From an uncultured Clostridia bacterium (lineage in GTDB: Bacteria > Bacillota > Clostridia > TANB77 > CAG-508), in contig CANQGE010000001.1 of the NCBI GenBank assembly GCA_947601495.1, positions 31,731-95,730 on the forward strand: a stretch of 64,000 nt of DNA, in the 5' to 3' direction. Positions 1 to 9,678 of this stretch are shown here, in pieces; positions within the stretch are counted from its first letter, which is position 1, and each line of letters begins with the position of its first letter. Position numbers and translations under genes: made by a program. Under the pieces are notes generated by a model that was not told the origin of the DNA, did no database searches, and saw only the letters and a program-made list of their open reading frames with translations.

Positions 1-245
1 ATACCTATTAAATATCCTGTATTAAACGTTGTATCTGCTTTATGATTATAACTTTGAATAGCATCTATTAAAACTATTATTCCTAAAATAATATATATGC
101 CTAATAGCACATATTTTACAACAAATGATTCCTGAATTGTAAGTAATGTCATATCTTGTGGAACCTTTTTTGTAAAAATAACAATTAAAATTCCAAATAA
201 TATGTTAGTAAATGCTAAGCATAAATTTACAATTTTTCCTCTCAT
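1..245 (-). CDS. Membrane protein; only the N-terminal ~81 aa lie in the window and the gene continues past coordinate 1
   Basis: ATG at 243-245 on the minus strand. The frame stays open to the window edge. My translation is MRGKIVNLCLAFTNILFGILIVIFTKK...LLGIYIILGIIVLIDAIQ, which has two hydrophobic helices. The gene sits just upstream of tmk. It is absent from the ORF track because it is a partial ORF. Confidence 0.4.
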   Translation of the reverse strand, partial: MRGKIVNLCLAFTNILFGILIVIFTKKVPQDMTLLTIQESFVVKYVLLGIYIILGIIVLIDAIQSYNHKADTTFNTGYLIG

Positions 246-266
246 TATTTTTTCCTCACGTAAATT

Positions 267-947
267 TTATTTCTTTTGTATTTCTTCAAAAACAGCCTTA
301 TAAATTTCTTCATGTATATCTTCTCTAGTTCTTATTTCATCTTCTTTAACACATTTTATTTCATTCCAATTATATTCTTTTACTAAACTACAAGCTGCAT
401 TATAAGAATCTTCTAAGTGCTTTTGATCTCTTTCATGTATATCTTTTTTACTATCGTGTGTAAATTTGTTTTCTCTATTTGTTATTAACTCTCTAACTTT
501 TTCAGGTGGCATATTTAAGAAAAATACTTTTGTTGGAACTGGAAGTCCAAAAATATTAAATTCTAAATCAAATAACCACTTTAAAAATTTGTCTCTTTCT
601 TTTTTATCAGAAATTTTACCAGCTTGATGAACCATATTAGCTGTTGTATATCTATCTGCTAATATTATTCCATCATTTTCATAATATTGTTTTAAATCTT
701 TTATATATGTTGCATATCTATCTACAGCATAAAAAGTTGAAGCAATATAAGGGCTTATTTCTTTAGCATTTTCTCCAAATTCTCCAGATAAATACATTTT
801 TACAAGTGATGATGAAGGACTATCATAATTTGGAAAACTAACTGTTTTATAACTTATTCCATCTTGCTTTAAATGATTTTTTAGTAACTCAAATTGAGTT
901 TGTTTTCCACTTCCATCTGTTCCATCAATAACAAATAACTTTCCCAT
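267..947 (-). CDS. tmk: Thymidylate kinase-like P-loop kinase (dTMP kinase family)
   Basis: Walker A motif DGTDGSGKQTQ near the N-terminus. DRY...NMVHQ matches the Tmk motif DRYxxSxxAYQ. The length is about 226 aa. It follows metG directly on the same strand. Confidence 0.65.
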   Translation of the reverse strand: MGKLFVIDGTDGSGKQTQFELLKNHLKQDGISYKTVSFPNYDSPSSSLVKMYLSGEFGENAKEISPYIASTFYAVDRYATYIKDLKQYYENDGIILADRYTTANMVHQAGKISDKKERDKFLKWLFDLEFNIFGLPVPTKVFFLNMPPEKVRELITNRENKFTHDSKKDIHERDQKHLEDSYNAACSLVKEYNWNEIKCVKEDEIRTREDIHEEIYKAVFEEIQKK

Positions 948-957
948 AATATTTCCC

Positions 958-2559
958 CTATTTTTTACTTATTCTATTAAATAATGGTTCTACATTTTCA
1001 AGTTTTAGTCCAGAGCTAACCTCTGTAAATTCCCATTTAGGTTCTTTTAAATCTAAATAGTTTCTAATTTTTTGACAGGCTGTTGGCATAACTGGTTCAA
1101 AAAGATTTGCTAAATTAGCAATAATTATGCTACATGTATAGATAGTATTGTTGAAAGAATCTATATTTTCTTTTCTTGCAACCCAAGGTTTATTTTCATC
1201 ATAAAACTTGTTTCCAAGTTCAACTAAATCCATAACCTTTTTTATTGCTTCTCTAAATTCTAGTTTTTCAATTAATTCGCCAACTTCTTTATATGTTTTT
1301 TCAATATTAACTTTTATTTCTTCATCTAATTTTCCAATAGGAATTTCTTCTAATTCTTTAAATCTTAATGTTCTATTAACTAAATTTCCAAATTTATTTA
1401 ATATTTCGCCATTATGTGTTTTTTCAAAATCTTCTATTGTAAAGTTTGTATCTTTTTTCTCTGGTCCATTTGCTAATAAATGATATCTTAAAGAATCTGA
1501 ATCATACATATCTAATGCTTCTAAGGCTGTCATTCCTATTCCTTTACTCTTAGAAAATTTTTGATCATTAAAATTTAAATATTCTGCTGAAACTATTGTA
1601 TCTACTAAATGGTAGTTTTCTTCTTGTCCTAACAATAAGGCATTTAAAATTATGCTATGGAACATAATGTTATCTTTTCCATGGCACATATATATTTTAT
1701 TATTATGTCCTTCTTTCCAAAAATCTTCCCATGTGCAGTCTGTTCTATTTTCACATAGTTTCATTGTATCTGTAAGATATCCCAAAACTGCATCAATCCA
1801 AACATACATTCTTTTATCTTCATAACCTGGAATAGGAATATCTACTCCCCAATTTAAATCTCTAGTAACAGCTCTATCCATTAAGCCTTGTTTTAAATAT
1901 TTTAAAGTTTCATTTTGAGCATTTATTCTCCATTCACCTTTTACTTTTTCTGTATGCTCTTCTATTTGTTTTTGAAATTTTGAAAGAGCTAAATATAAAA
2001 CTTTATTATTTCTCTCAGAAACTTTTGAACCACATTCAATACAATTTCCTGTTTTTAATTCTTCGTTTGTTGGAACATGAAGACAATTATCACATTGGTC
2101 ACCTTTAGTTTCTGCACCACATTCAGGACAAGTAAGAACAATTTCTCTATCTGATAAGAACTTACCACATGTTTCACAATATGTTTGTGGTTCTATTTTT
2201 TCATAAATATATCCATTATCATATAATTTTTTAAATAATATTTTTACTTTTTCTTTATGATATTCATCAAAAGTTCTTGAATATAAATCATAAGAAAATT
2301 GATAACCCTTAAAGATTTTGTTAAATTCTTCATCATATTTACTTGCTATTTGTTTTGGTGAAATTTTTTCTTTTCTTGCTCTTTCAGTAATTGGAGTTCC
2401 ATGGCAATCTGATCCAGAAACATAAAGAACATTTTCTCCTTTTAGTCTATAATATCTTGCCAAGAAATCTCCTGATATAAGTCCAGCAATATGTCCTAAA
2501 TGCAAAGAGCTATTTGCATATGGCCATGCTCCACCTATAAGTATATTTTTTCTATTCAT
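958..2559 (-). CDS. metG: Methionyl-tRNA synthetase, short form
   Basis: Class I HIGH-type motif HLGH. KFSKS stands in for KMSKS. Two CxxC zinc knuckles are present: CETCGK...CPECG and CDNCLH...CIECG. The anticodon-binding helical domain is present. 533 aa. Confidence 0.9.
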   Translation of the reverse strand: MNRKNILIGGAWPYANSSLHLGHIAGLISGDFLARYYRLKGENVLYVSGSDCHGTPITERARKEKISPKQIASKYDEEFNKIFKGYQFSYDLYSRTFDEYHKEKVKILFKKLYDNGYIYEKIEPQTYCETCGKFLSDREIVLTCPECGAETKGDQCDNCLHVPTNEELKTGNCIECGSKVSERNNKVLYLALSKFQKQIEEHTEKVKGEWRINAQNETLKYLKQGLMDRAVTRDLNWGVDIPIPGYEDKRMYVWIDAVLGYLTDTMKLCENRTDCTWEDFWKEGHNNKIYMCHGKDNIMFHSIILNALLLGQEENYHLVDTIVSAEYLNFNDQKFSKSKGIGMTALEALDMYDSDSLRYHLLANGPEKKDTNFTIEDFEKTHNGEILNKFGNLVNRTLRFKELEEIPIGKLDEEIKVNIEKTYKEVGELIEKLEFREAIKKVMDLVELGNKFYDENKPWVARKENIDSFNNTIYTCSIIIANLANLFEPVMPTACQKIRNYLDLKEPKWEFTEVSSGLKLENVEPLFNRISKK

Positions 2560-2590
2560 TAATTTTCTCCTTTTTTAATTTCAAGTTATT

Positions 2591-3967
2591 CTAATATCTC
2601 CTGCCATAAGGGTCTGATGGTCCCAAAACATGTAGTTCTTCTTCATCTTCTTCGTCTTTACTTTGTGGTTTTTCTGCTGGTTTTTCTGTTGGTGTTTCTT
2701 CAGGTGTTTCTTCTTTTACTTCTTCTTCAGCTTCTGATTTTTCTCTTGCTTCTATTTTGTCCATTATTTCGTCTCTTTTGCCCATATCTGTTTCAATTTC
2801 TGATCTAATTGTAGGAAGTTTTAATCCATATTTATCAAATAATTTTAATCTATCATCATTGATTTCTTGCATTTTTTCGATTTTTTCTGCTTTTGAAAGA
2901 TTTGTAACATTTTTTATTGAATCTTGTTTATTTTCTAATTCTTCTAAGTTTTGTGCCAATAATTCCTTGTCTTCTCTTCTTAAGTCTCTAGGTTCAGTAA
3001 CTAAATCTGCAACTATTTGATGCCCGTCCATATCTTTATAATATACTTTCGTACCTTTATCTTCCGCATTATCAACTACAGAAGCAGTTTTATATTCATC
3101 CATTACTTTTGTTGCATCTTCATCATATCTTCTTTCATCTATAACTCTTTCACCTTGTACAAATACTATTCTGTCATTTCCTGTTGAAATATCTCCACTA
3201 GAAAAAGCTAAACAATAAACTGGTCCACCATTATCTTGTAATCCTGCTGTATCAATTAATTGATCTGAAATGCTAGAAGGATTTCTTGCTATTAAAACAT
3301 GTTTTAAAGTTGCACCTTCTCTTTCTTTTATTTCATCTACTTTATCTTTTACATTTTCTGGTATGTTTACTTCTTCTTCCTCTTTTTCTTCTTCTGAAAG
3401 TTCTGCATCTTTTTCCTTAGTTTCTTCTTCCTTACCTTTATCTCTTTCCTCTTCTTCTCTATCTATTTCTTTTACTTGAAGATTTGGATTATTTTCTTTT
3501 ATTTTTTTAATAGTTTCTTCTTCATTTTCGGGAATTAATGTATCTTCTGCTATTTGTTTTTCCATTTCTTCTGGGGAATCTGGAAATAATGCATTTTCGA
3601 CTTCTTCTACTGATACATTTGCTTCAACTGCATATTTAAATACTTGTTTTTTCATTCGTGGAGTTAGCATAAAATTTTGTGAGTTTTCATCATCACCAAT
3701 AAAATCAACAGCCATATCTTCACCTTTGTCATTTACAGTTAATATTTGTGTTTCTCCATTTGGTAACAATATTTGAACTTTTCCAATTTTTTCTACTGTT
3801 CCGTCTCTTTTTTGAATTTCTTTTACTTCTACTAAATCAATATTAGATGGATCTATATCTCTTACCCTCATAGTTTTTTTACCATCTGATGATACATATG
3901 TATCTGCATTTTCATAAACTTTTGCAAGTAAAAATTGTCTTTGTAAATAATTATCTATATCGTTCAT
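2591..3967 (-). CDS. Highly acidic hypothetical protein with E/K/D-rich low complexity and a globular central region
   Basis: 458-aa ORF with no TM segment. It has long EEEKEEEE runs and I recognise no motif. It is probably co-transcribed with metG and tmk, with a 31-nt gap downstream. It sits 170 nt downstream of the giant Wzz/BY-kinase-like gene. Confidence 0.6.
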   Translation of the reverse strand: MNDIDNYLQRQFLLAKVYENADTYVSSDGKKTMRVRDIDPSNIDLVEVKEIQKRDGTVEKIGKVQILLPNGETQILTVNDKGEDMAVDFIGDDENSQNFMLTPRMKKQVFKYAVEANVSVEEVENALFPDSPEEMEKQIAEDTLIPENEEETIKKIKENNPNLQVKEIDREEEERDKGKEEETKEKDAELSEEEKEEEEVNIPENVKDKVDEIKEREGATLKHVLIARNPSSISDQLIDTAGLQDNGGPVYCLAFSSGDISTGNDRIVFVQGERVIDERRYDEDATKVMDEYKTASVVDNAEDKGTKVYYKDMDGHQIVADLVTEPRDLRREDKELLAQNLEELENKQDSIKNVTNLSKAEKIEKMQEINDDRLKLFDKYGLKLPTIRSEIETDMGKRDEIMDKIEAREKSEAEEEVKEETPEETPTEKPAEKPQSKDEEDEEELHVLGPSDPYGRRY

Positions 3968-4089
3968 ATTTAGTCTCCTTTGATTTTAAATTTATATTTA
4001 TATTATATAAGTATATTTTTACAATTTCAACAATTTTATTAACTTTTTAATAACAAAATTGCTTATTTTAAAATTTTTATATCTCATAT

Positions 4090-4130
4090 TCTATAAAAAA
4101 ACCTAAATTGAAAAAACATCAATTTAGGTT
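4090..4130 (-). terminator. Rho-independent terminator after the giant gene
   Basis: 9-bp stem cctaaattg/caatttagg at 4102-4110 and 4120-4128. On the minus-strand transcript it is followed by UUUUUUUAU. Confidence 0.65.
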
Positions 4131-4136
4131 TTATTT

Positions 4137-7100
4137 TTATAAGTTTTTATTGTATTTTGTTTTAGGATATAAATTATCACCTAATAGTTCTTCTTCTATT
4201 CTAGCTTCTTCTTTTTGCTTTTCTCTTTCTTCTTCTCTTTGCTTTCTTATTTCCTCTTGTTTTCTCATTTTTTCTTCTTTTAGTTTTTGTCTTTCAATTT
4301 TTCTTTTTTCAGCTTTTTCTTTTCTTAGTTTATTTCTTTCTTCCCTTAATTTTCTTTGTTCTTCTTGTTTTTCTTTTTTATCTATAGATAATATATTTTC
4401 CTCATCTTTTTCTATTTCATACATTCCAGAATTTTCTGTTTCTGCACTCTCAACATCAATATCGCTTTTACTATCGAATTTTTCTATAATGCTTTCATAA
4501 AATTGCCTATTTTCCATTGATTTGTTAAACTCTTCTTCAGTTTTAAATTTTGAATCAATTTCATATATTTTTGAGAAATGAATCATAGATAATTTATCTG
4601 TTATGTTTATTCTATTTGTAAGCCAAATATTATTTAACTTATATTCAAGTTCAATATTAGATTCTTTTAATTCAGCTATTCTTAATCTTTTACATCTTAA
4701 ATCATATTCTTCTGATTTTTCATCTGGAAGTCTATCATAATTTTTTGACATACAATAAGCATAAGTATCTGCTCTATTAGAAACTACTTTTTCTTTTATC
4801 CAAACAGAATCATCATAATCGCAAAGAGTTGTATAAACTAAGGTATCTATTCTTTGAGCTTGCCTTTTGGTTATACCATATAATCCCATTAAGCCTTGCA
4901 TTCTATCACGTATTAGTGAAGGAGAATAATGTTTTTTCTCAAATCCGTCGTTTTTATCTATTCCTCGTATAATTTTTTCTACAAATATTTTTTCACTAAA
5001 TACTCTACAATATCCCTCTTCTGCATCAACAAAAATTAATACTGCACCATTTTTTTTGTTTGTTTCTACATTTTTTTTATCTTTTTTATGTTCTTTTTTT
5101 AATTCTCTTCTCTCTGCTTTTGCTCTTTCTAATTCTCTTTTCTCTGTTTCTCTTCTTTCTGCCTCTTGTTTTTCTTTTTCACGTTTTTCTATTTCTCTTT
5201 TTTCTGCTTCTATTCTTTCTTGTTCTATTCTTTCATTCTTTTTTGCTTCTAATTCTTTATTGTTCTCTTTTAAAATAGTTTCATTTTTTTCTTTCTGAAT
5301 ATTTTTAAAATCATTCTTTTTATTTATTTCATTTTCATTTTGAAATTCATCAAAAGTTTCCTGACCTTCGTAAGTATCTGAATTATTTTCTTTCTCTACA
5401 TCTAAATTTTCATCTAAGCTGTCAAATGATAATTGTGTGTTTTCTTCAGTTTCAATGTTGTTTAGATATATTTTGTCAAATTCTTTTTCTTTTTTTCTTT
5501 CTTCTATTTTTTCTTTAATACCTAATCCAAAATTTACTGTACTTGTTTTTACTTTATTAAAAGAGTTACTTACTACAGCTACGGTTTTTTCTTTTAAATT
5601 TTTTAATGATTTTGCAATATTTTCAAAATAATTATTAACTTTAAAACTTGATTCTGCATTATTAACTCTATTAGAAGAATTATTTATTAAAACAATGTTG
5701 TTTACATTTGTTTTTTTAGGATTTTTATTATAAATATTATTTTTATCTACAATTTCAATTTCTGGAATTATTGTTTTTATACTATCTTCTATATTGATAA
5801 TTTTTTCTTTATTTTCATTATTAGTTTTATCGTTTAAGTTTTCTTTACTTTCTGCTTTTTGCTCTTCCTTTTTATTATCATTATCTTTTACTTCGTTTGA
5901 CTCATCTTTTTCTTCTTTTTTATCTTTATTTTTATTTTCAATTTTATTTTCTTTATCTTCTAACTTATTATTATCTAATTTTTCTACGATAACTTCTTCT
6001 TTATTTTCAGACTGCTTTTTCTGTTCTATTTTATCTATTTTTGCTGCCATAAGAAGTTTTTGTTTTTTCTCTTCTTGTTTTTCTTTCGCAAAATCTTTTA
6101 ATTTATTAATTAGATTTTTTAAATTTTCTATAATTTTAGAAACGTTTAATTTTAAAAATGAAAATACTTTAATAGAAGTTGTTTTTATGTCTTGGAAAGA
6201 TATTTTTCTTCTAAATTTAGTTTTGTTTATTATAATTCCCATTGGATTTCCACCAACATTTTGAATATCTTTCTTAGCTTTAAATAAATCCTCTTTTTTA
6301 GTTTTCTTATAGTCCGATACTATTATTGTTGAATTAACAGCTCTAGTTAAAATTAAAGAATTCATATTGTTTAACACAGAAGTTCCATCTATTAAAACTA
6401 AATCATAAAAAACACTTAAGTCTTTTATTAATTCTTGTAATCTTTCAGAAGTAAGCAATTCTGTTGAATTTGGTGGTACTGTTCCTGAAGTAATCAAATT
6501 TAAATTTTTTATTCCTGTTTCATTTATAAAATTGTTTGTAAGTTTTTTTATTTCCATTCCATTAGAATCTAAACTTGATAAGTAATTAGAAAATCCAAGA
6601 TTGTTTGGTATGTTAAATATTTTATTTTGTCTACCATTTTGCATATCTGAATCTATTATTATTACTTTTTTTCCACTTTCTGCAAAAATTACACCAAGAT
6701 TAGCTGTAATGTAACTTTTTCCTTCACCATCTAAAGGACTTGTTATAAGTATTATGTTTTTCTCTTTATTATTAACGTTTATAAATTGAATATTAGTTCT
6801 AAGATTTCTAAATGCTTTTAAAGTTATTGATTTGCTTCCTGAAGTAGTTGATATTAATTCATTTTTAATTTTATTTGATTTATTTTTTTTGCAATTTATT
6901 AAAGGAATTTCAATTAATTTTTTTAAATTTATTTCATTATCGATGTTCTCATTAATTTTAATATTTCTGTCTATAATCGCTACAGCAAAAATATAACCAG
7001 AGCTTACTAAAATACCAATTATAAGAGAAATAAACGCACATAATATTATTGAAATATTTGTTGTAACTTTATTTATATGAGGACTATCAACTATATATAT

Positions 7101-7544
7101 TTCTCTATTTTCATACATTTCATCTAGTTTATCTGAAAGAATATCTATCAATTTTTGGTTTTCTTTTATTGAATTATTTTCATCAGTATTTTTTACTTGA
7201 ATTTGAAATGTATCTGAATTTGAATTTATTTTTATATCTATGCCTTTTCTTAGTTCTTTATTGCTTAAATTCAAATTTAAATCATCTTTTATTTTTTGAA
7301 TAGAGGAATCACTTTTTAATAGTTCTTTAAAAGTATGTATAAGTTTGGAAGTAATTTCTATGTTTTCTCTACTTTCGCTTTGTCCATTTTCAGTTACTTC
7401 TGATTTTATTAATAAAGCTTTTGATACTGAAATATATTCTTTTTTACTTAAGCATAGAGAAAGAACTATACCAATAATTAGTATAGATATTACAATTAAT
7501 ATTACATGTATTTTCTTTTCTTTTAATTTTTCCAAAAATATCAT
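4137..7544 (-). CDS. Giant membrane protein: Wzz/CpsC-like chain-length-determinant domain + BY-kinase (CpsD/Wzc)-like P-loop ATPase + K/E/N-rich low-complexity and coiled-coil segments + unrecognised C-terminal domain
   Basis: N-terminal TM helix, a roughly 170-aa ectodomain, then a second TM helix (ISIILCAFISLIIGILVSSGYIFAVAII). This is followed by NIILITSPLDGEGKSYITANLGVIFAESGKKVIIIDSDMQNGRQ, which matches the BY-kinase Walker A/A' region, and by a Walker-B-like LVLIDGTSV. There is no C-terminal tyrosine cluster. Instead there are about 500 aa of KEEK/NKEN/ERRE repeats and a roughly 160-aa globular region (VLIFVDAEEGYCRVF...LCDYDDSVWIKEK...) that I cannot assign to a family. 1135 aa. Confidence 0.75.
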   Translation of the reverse strand: MIFLEKLKEKKIHVILIVISILIIGIVLSLCLSKKEYISVSKALLIKSEVTENGQSESRENIEITSKLIHTFKELLKSDSSIQKIKDDLNLNLSNKELRKGIDIKINSNSDTFQIQVKNTDENNSIKENQKLIDILSDKLDEMYENREIYIVDSPHINKVTTNISIILCAFISLIIGILVSSGYIFAVAIIDRNIKINENIDNEINLKKLIEIPLINCKKNKSNKIKNELISTTSGSKSITLKAFRNLRTNIQFINVNNKEKNIILITSPLDGEGKSYITANLGVIFAESGKKVIIIDSDMQNGRQNKIFNIPNNLGFSNYLSSLDSNGMEIKKLTNNFINETGIKNLNLITSGTVPPNSTELLTSERLQELIKDLSVFYDLVLIDGTSVLNNMNSLILTRAVNSTIIVSDYKKTKKEDLFKAKKDIQNVGGNPMGIIINKTKFRRKISFQDIKTTSIKVFSFLKLNVSKIIENLKNLINKLKDFAKEKQEEKKQKLLMAAKIDKIEQKKQSENKEEVIVEKLDNNKLEDKENKIENKNKDKKEEKDESNEVKDNDNKKEEQKAESKENLNDKTNNENKEKIINIEDSIKTIIPEIEIVDKNNIYNKNPKKTNVNNIVLINNSSNRVNNAESSFKVNNYFENIAKSLKNLKEKTVAVVSNSFNKVKTSTVNFGLGIKEKIEERKKEKEFDKIYLNNIETEENTQLSFDSLDENLDVEKENNSDTYEGQETFDEFQNENEINKKNDFKNIQKEKNETILKENNKELEAKKNERIEQERIEAEKREIEKREKEKQEAERRETEKRELERAKAERRELKKEHKKDKKNVETNKKNGAVLIFVDAEEGYCRVFSEKIFVEKIIRGIDKNDGFEKKHYSPSLIRDRMQGLMGLYGITKRQAQRIDTLVYTTLCDYDDSVWIKEKVVSNRADTYAYCMSKNYDRLPDEKSEEYDLRCKRLRIAELKESNIELEYKLNNIWLTNRINITDKLSMIHFSKIYEIDSKFKTEEEFNKSMENRQFYESIIEKFDSKSDIDVESAETENSGMYEIEKDEENILSIDKKEKQEEQRKLREERNKLRKEKAEKRKIERQKLKEEKMRKQEEIRKQREEEREKQKEEARIEEELLGDNLYPKTKYNKNL

Positions 7545-7774
7545 TTTTTTCCTCTCTTATCTACTAAATAAAAAATAAAAGACGCAAATAAAAATTATTC
7601 ACATCTTTTGTATGGTATTTTCTTATAAAATTCTTAATCATTATAGCAAACTTTCTTTAAAAATTCAATACTTTTAAAGTATTTATTTAAAAATTTTTAT
7701 GCTAATTTTGACATCTTATTTTTTAAAGTTTACTATTTTTATAGATTACTATTTAAACTCTGTTTTAAAACAAT

Positions 7775-7812
7775 TGGAACGCCAAAAAGCACACTGTAAA
7801 GTGTGCCTTTTA
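7775..7812 (-). terminator. Rho-independent terminator after the secreted-protein gene
   Basis: Stem gcacact/agtgtgc with a gtaa loop at 7789-7806, flanked by A/T runs. The minus-strand hairpin is followed by UUUUU. Confidence 0.5.
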
Positions 7813-7834
7813 TATTTTAAAAATTAATTTCTAA

Positions 7835-8263
7835 TTAAACATTATAATCTGATACTTTCTTATAAGCATATAATGCTGAAGCAACAAGTGCAATTGTTAC
7901 AAATACCATAGATGATCCATTTCCTGCATATGGTAATGAAGAACTTACTTTATTTGTGTTTGAATTTGTTGAATTAGTATTACTAGAAGTATTAGTGTTT
8001 GTGTTGTTTACTGTATTATTAGCACTTGGTGAACCAACTGTTGCTGGAATAAGTGTTCCGTTTGTGTTTGAATTTGTGTTCTCATCTGTAGCTTCATTAT
8101 TAACTGCTCCTGCTTCTTCGTTTGTTGAAGTTGTATTTGTATCTGCAACTAATTGTTGACCTTCTGTAGCAGAAACTAATGAACTTATACTAGCAAATGT
8201 GAAAGTTATTAATACGATAAGTACTAAACTTACTAAAAATTTTTCTTTTCTTAATTTAACCAT
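7835..8263 (-). CDS. Small secreted T/S/N-rich protein with a C-terminal LPYAG + hydrophobic + KK sorting-signal-like tail
   Basis: N-terminal signal-peptide-like segment (KFLVSLVLIVLITFTFASISSLVSA). Low-complexity NTNTNTSSNTNS region. C-terminus SSLPYAGNGSSMVFVTIALVASALYAYKK. This resembles an LPxTG-type cell-wall sorting signal, but the motif is non-canonical. Confidence 0.55.
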   Translation of the reverse strand: MVKLRKEKFLVSLVLIVLITFTFASISSLVSATEGQQLVADTNTTSTNEEAGAVNNEATDENTNSNTNGTLIPATVGSPSANNTVNNTNTNTSSNTNSTNSNTNKVSSSLPYAGNGSSMVFVTIALVASALYAYKKVSDYNV

Positions 8264-8397
8264 TTTTCCATCTCCCTATTACTTAACATCTGAACATATT
8301 ATAACATTACGATATATTCAATGCAAGTATTTTTTGTATTTTTTTGTTTTTTAATATTCTTGAAATATTGTAATATTTTTGTAATATTTGTCGTTTT

Positions 8398-9492
8398 TTA
8401 GACATTAAACTTAAATAAAACAATATCTCCATCTTTCATTACATAATCCTTACCTTCTGATCTAACTAATCCTTTTTCTCTAGCTTGAACCATTGATCCT
8501 GAAGCACTCATTAAATCATCATATGATACAACTTCTGCTTTAATAAATCCTCTTTCTATGTCTGAATGTATTTTTCCAGCTGCTTGAGGAGCCTTTGTGC
8601 CTATTTTTATTGTCCATGCTCTAACCTCCGGTTCTCCAGCTGTTAAGAAAGACATTAATCCTAATAATTTATAGCTTGCTTTTATTAATTTATCTAATCC
8701 TGATTCTTTAAGTCCAAGTGCTTCAAGCATTTCTTGTTTTTCATCTTTTTCTAAAGAACTTAATTCTTCTTCAATTTTTACACAAAGTGAAATAACTTCA
8801 GCTCCTTCTTTAGAAGCGTACTCTATAACTTTCTTTACATTTTCATTAGAATTTGGATTTTCTATTTCACTTTCTGAAATATTTGCAACATAAAGTACTG
8901 GCTTCATAGTTAGTAAAAAGCTTTCTCTTAAAACTTCTTTTTCTTCATCTGTATAGTTTAATGTTCTTGCGCATTTTCCAGAATTTAAAGTTTCTTTTAC
9001 TTTTTCCAAAGTATCTATTTCAAATTGATATTTTTTATCAGCTTTTAAAAGTTTTTTTGCTCTTTCTAGTCTTTTTTCTATTGTTTCCAAATCTGCAAAA
9101 ATTAATTCAAGATTTATTGTTTCAATATCACGAACTGGATCAACACTTCCATCAACATGTACTATATTGTCGTTTTCAAAACATCTAACTACTTGAATTA
9201 TGCTATCTACTTCTCTAATGTGTGATAAAAACTTGTTTCCTAAGCCCTCACCTTTACTAGCTCCTCTTACTAAACCTGCTATATCAACAAATTCTACAAT
9301 TGCATTTGTTACTTTTTGAGGTTTATAAATTTCTGCTAGTTTTTCTAATCTTTCATCTGGTACTGCTACTACTCCAACGTTTGGTTCTATTGTACAAAAT
9401 GGATAATTTGCACATTCTGCACCTGCATTTGTTATGCTATTAAATAGCGTACTTTTTCCTACATTAGGAAGTCCAACAATTCCTATTTTCAT
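8398..9492 (-). CDS. ychF: Ribosome-binding ATPase YchF (Obg-family GTPase/ATPase)
   Basis: The N-terminus MKIGIVGLPNVGKSTLFNSIT...ANYPFCTIEPNVG is diagnostic. There is a C-terminal TGS domain. 364 aa. Confidence 0.9.
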   Translation of the reverse strand: MKIGIVGLPNVGKSTLFNSITNAGAECANYPFCTIEPNVGVVAVPDERLEKLAEIYKPQKVTNAIVEFVDIAGLVRGASKGEGLGNKFLSHIREVDSIIQVVRCFENDNIVHVDGSVDPVRDIETINLELIFADLETIEKRLERAKKLLKADKKYQFEIDTLEKVKETLNSGKCARTLNYTDEEKEVLRESFLLTMKPVLYVANISESEIENPNSNENVKKVIEYASKEGAEVISLCVKIEEELSSLEKDEKQEMLEALGLKESGLDKLIKASYKLLGLMSFLTAGEPEVRAWTIKIGTKAPQAAGKIHSDIERGFIKAEVVSYDDLMSASGSMVQAREKGLVRSEGKDYVMKDGDIVLFKFNV

Positions 9493-9562
9493 ATTTTACC
9501 TTCTTTTTTAATATATATTTTATTGTATTATAATTTATTTTAAGTTTTAATTAAAATAAAAA

Positions 9563-9638
<76 letters not shown>

Positions 9639-9678
9639 ATCTTTTCATAAAAATACATGGCATAAAATATGCCATATA

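Noticed and set aside
1208-1483. Plus-strand ORFs embedded antisense in long minus-strand genes (e.g. 1208-1483, 2617-2808, 4108-4500, 5056-5298, 5794-6264, 21015-21425, 33109-33681, 38499-39251, 47450-47923)
   Set aside because: All translate to F/L/S/I-rich low-complexity strings, which is typical of the antisense frame of AT-rich coding DNA. They have no RBS and sit wholly inside well-supported genes.
2560-2590. T-box leaders upstream of metG, hisS (35068-35138) and argS (62680-62693)
   Set aside because: The intergenic spaces are 14 to 70 nt, far too short for a T-box riboswitch. These synthetase genes appear to be internal to operons here.
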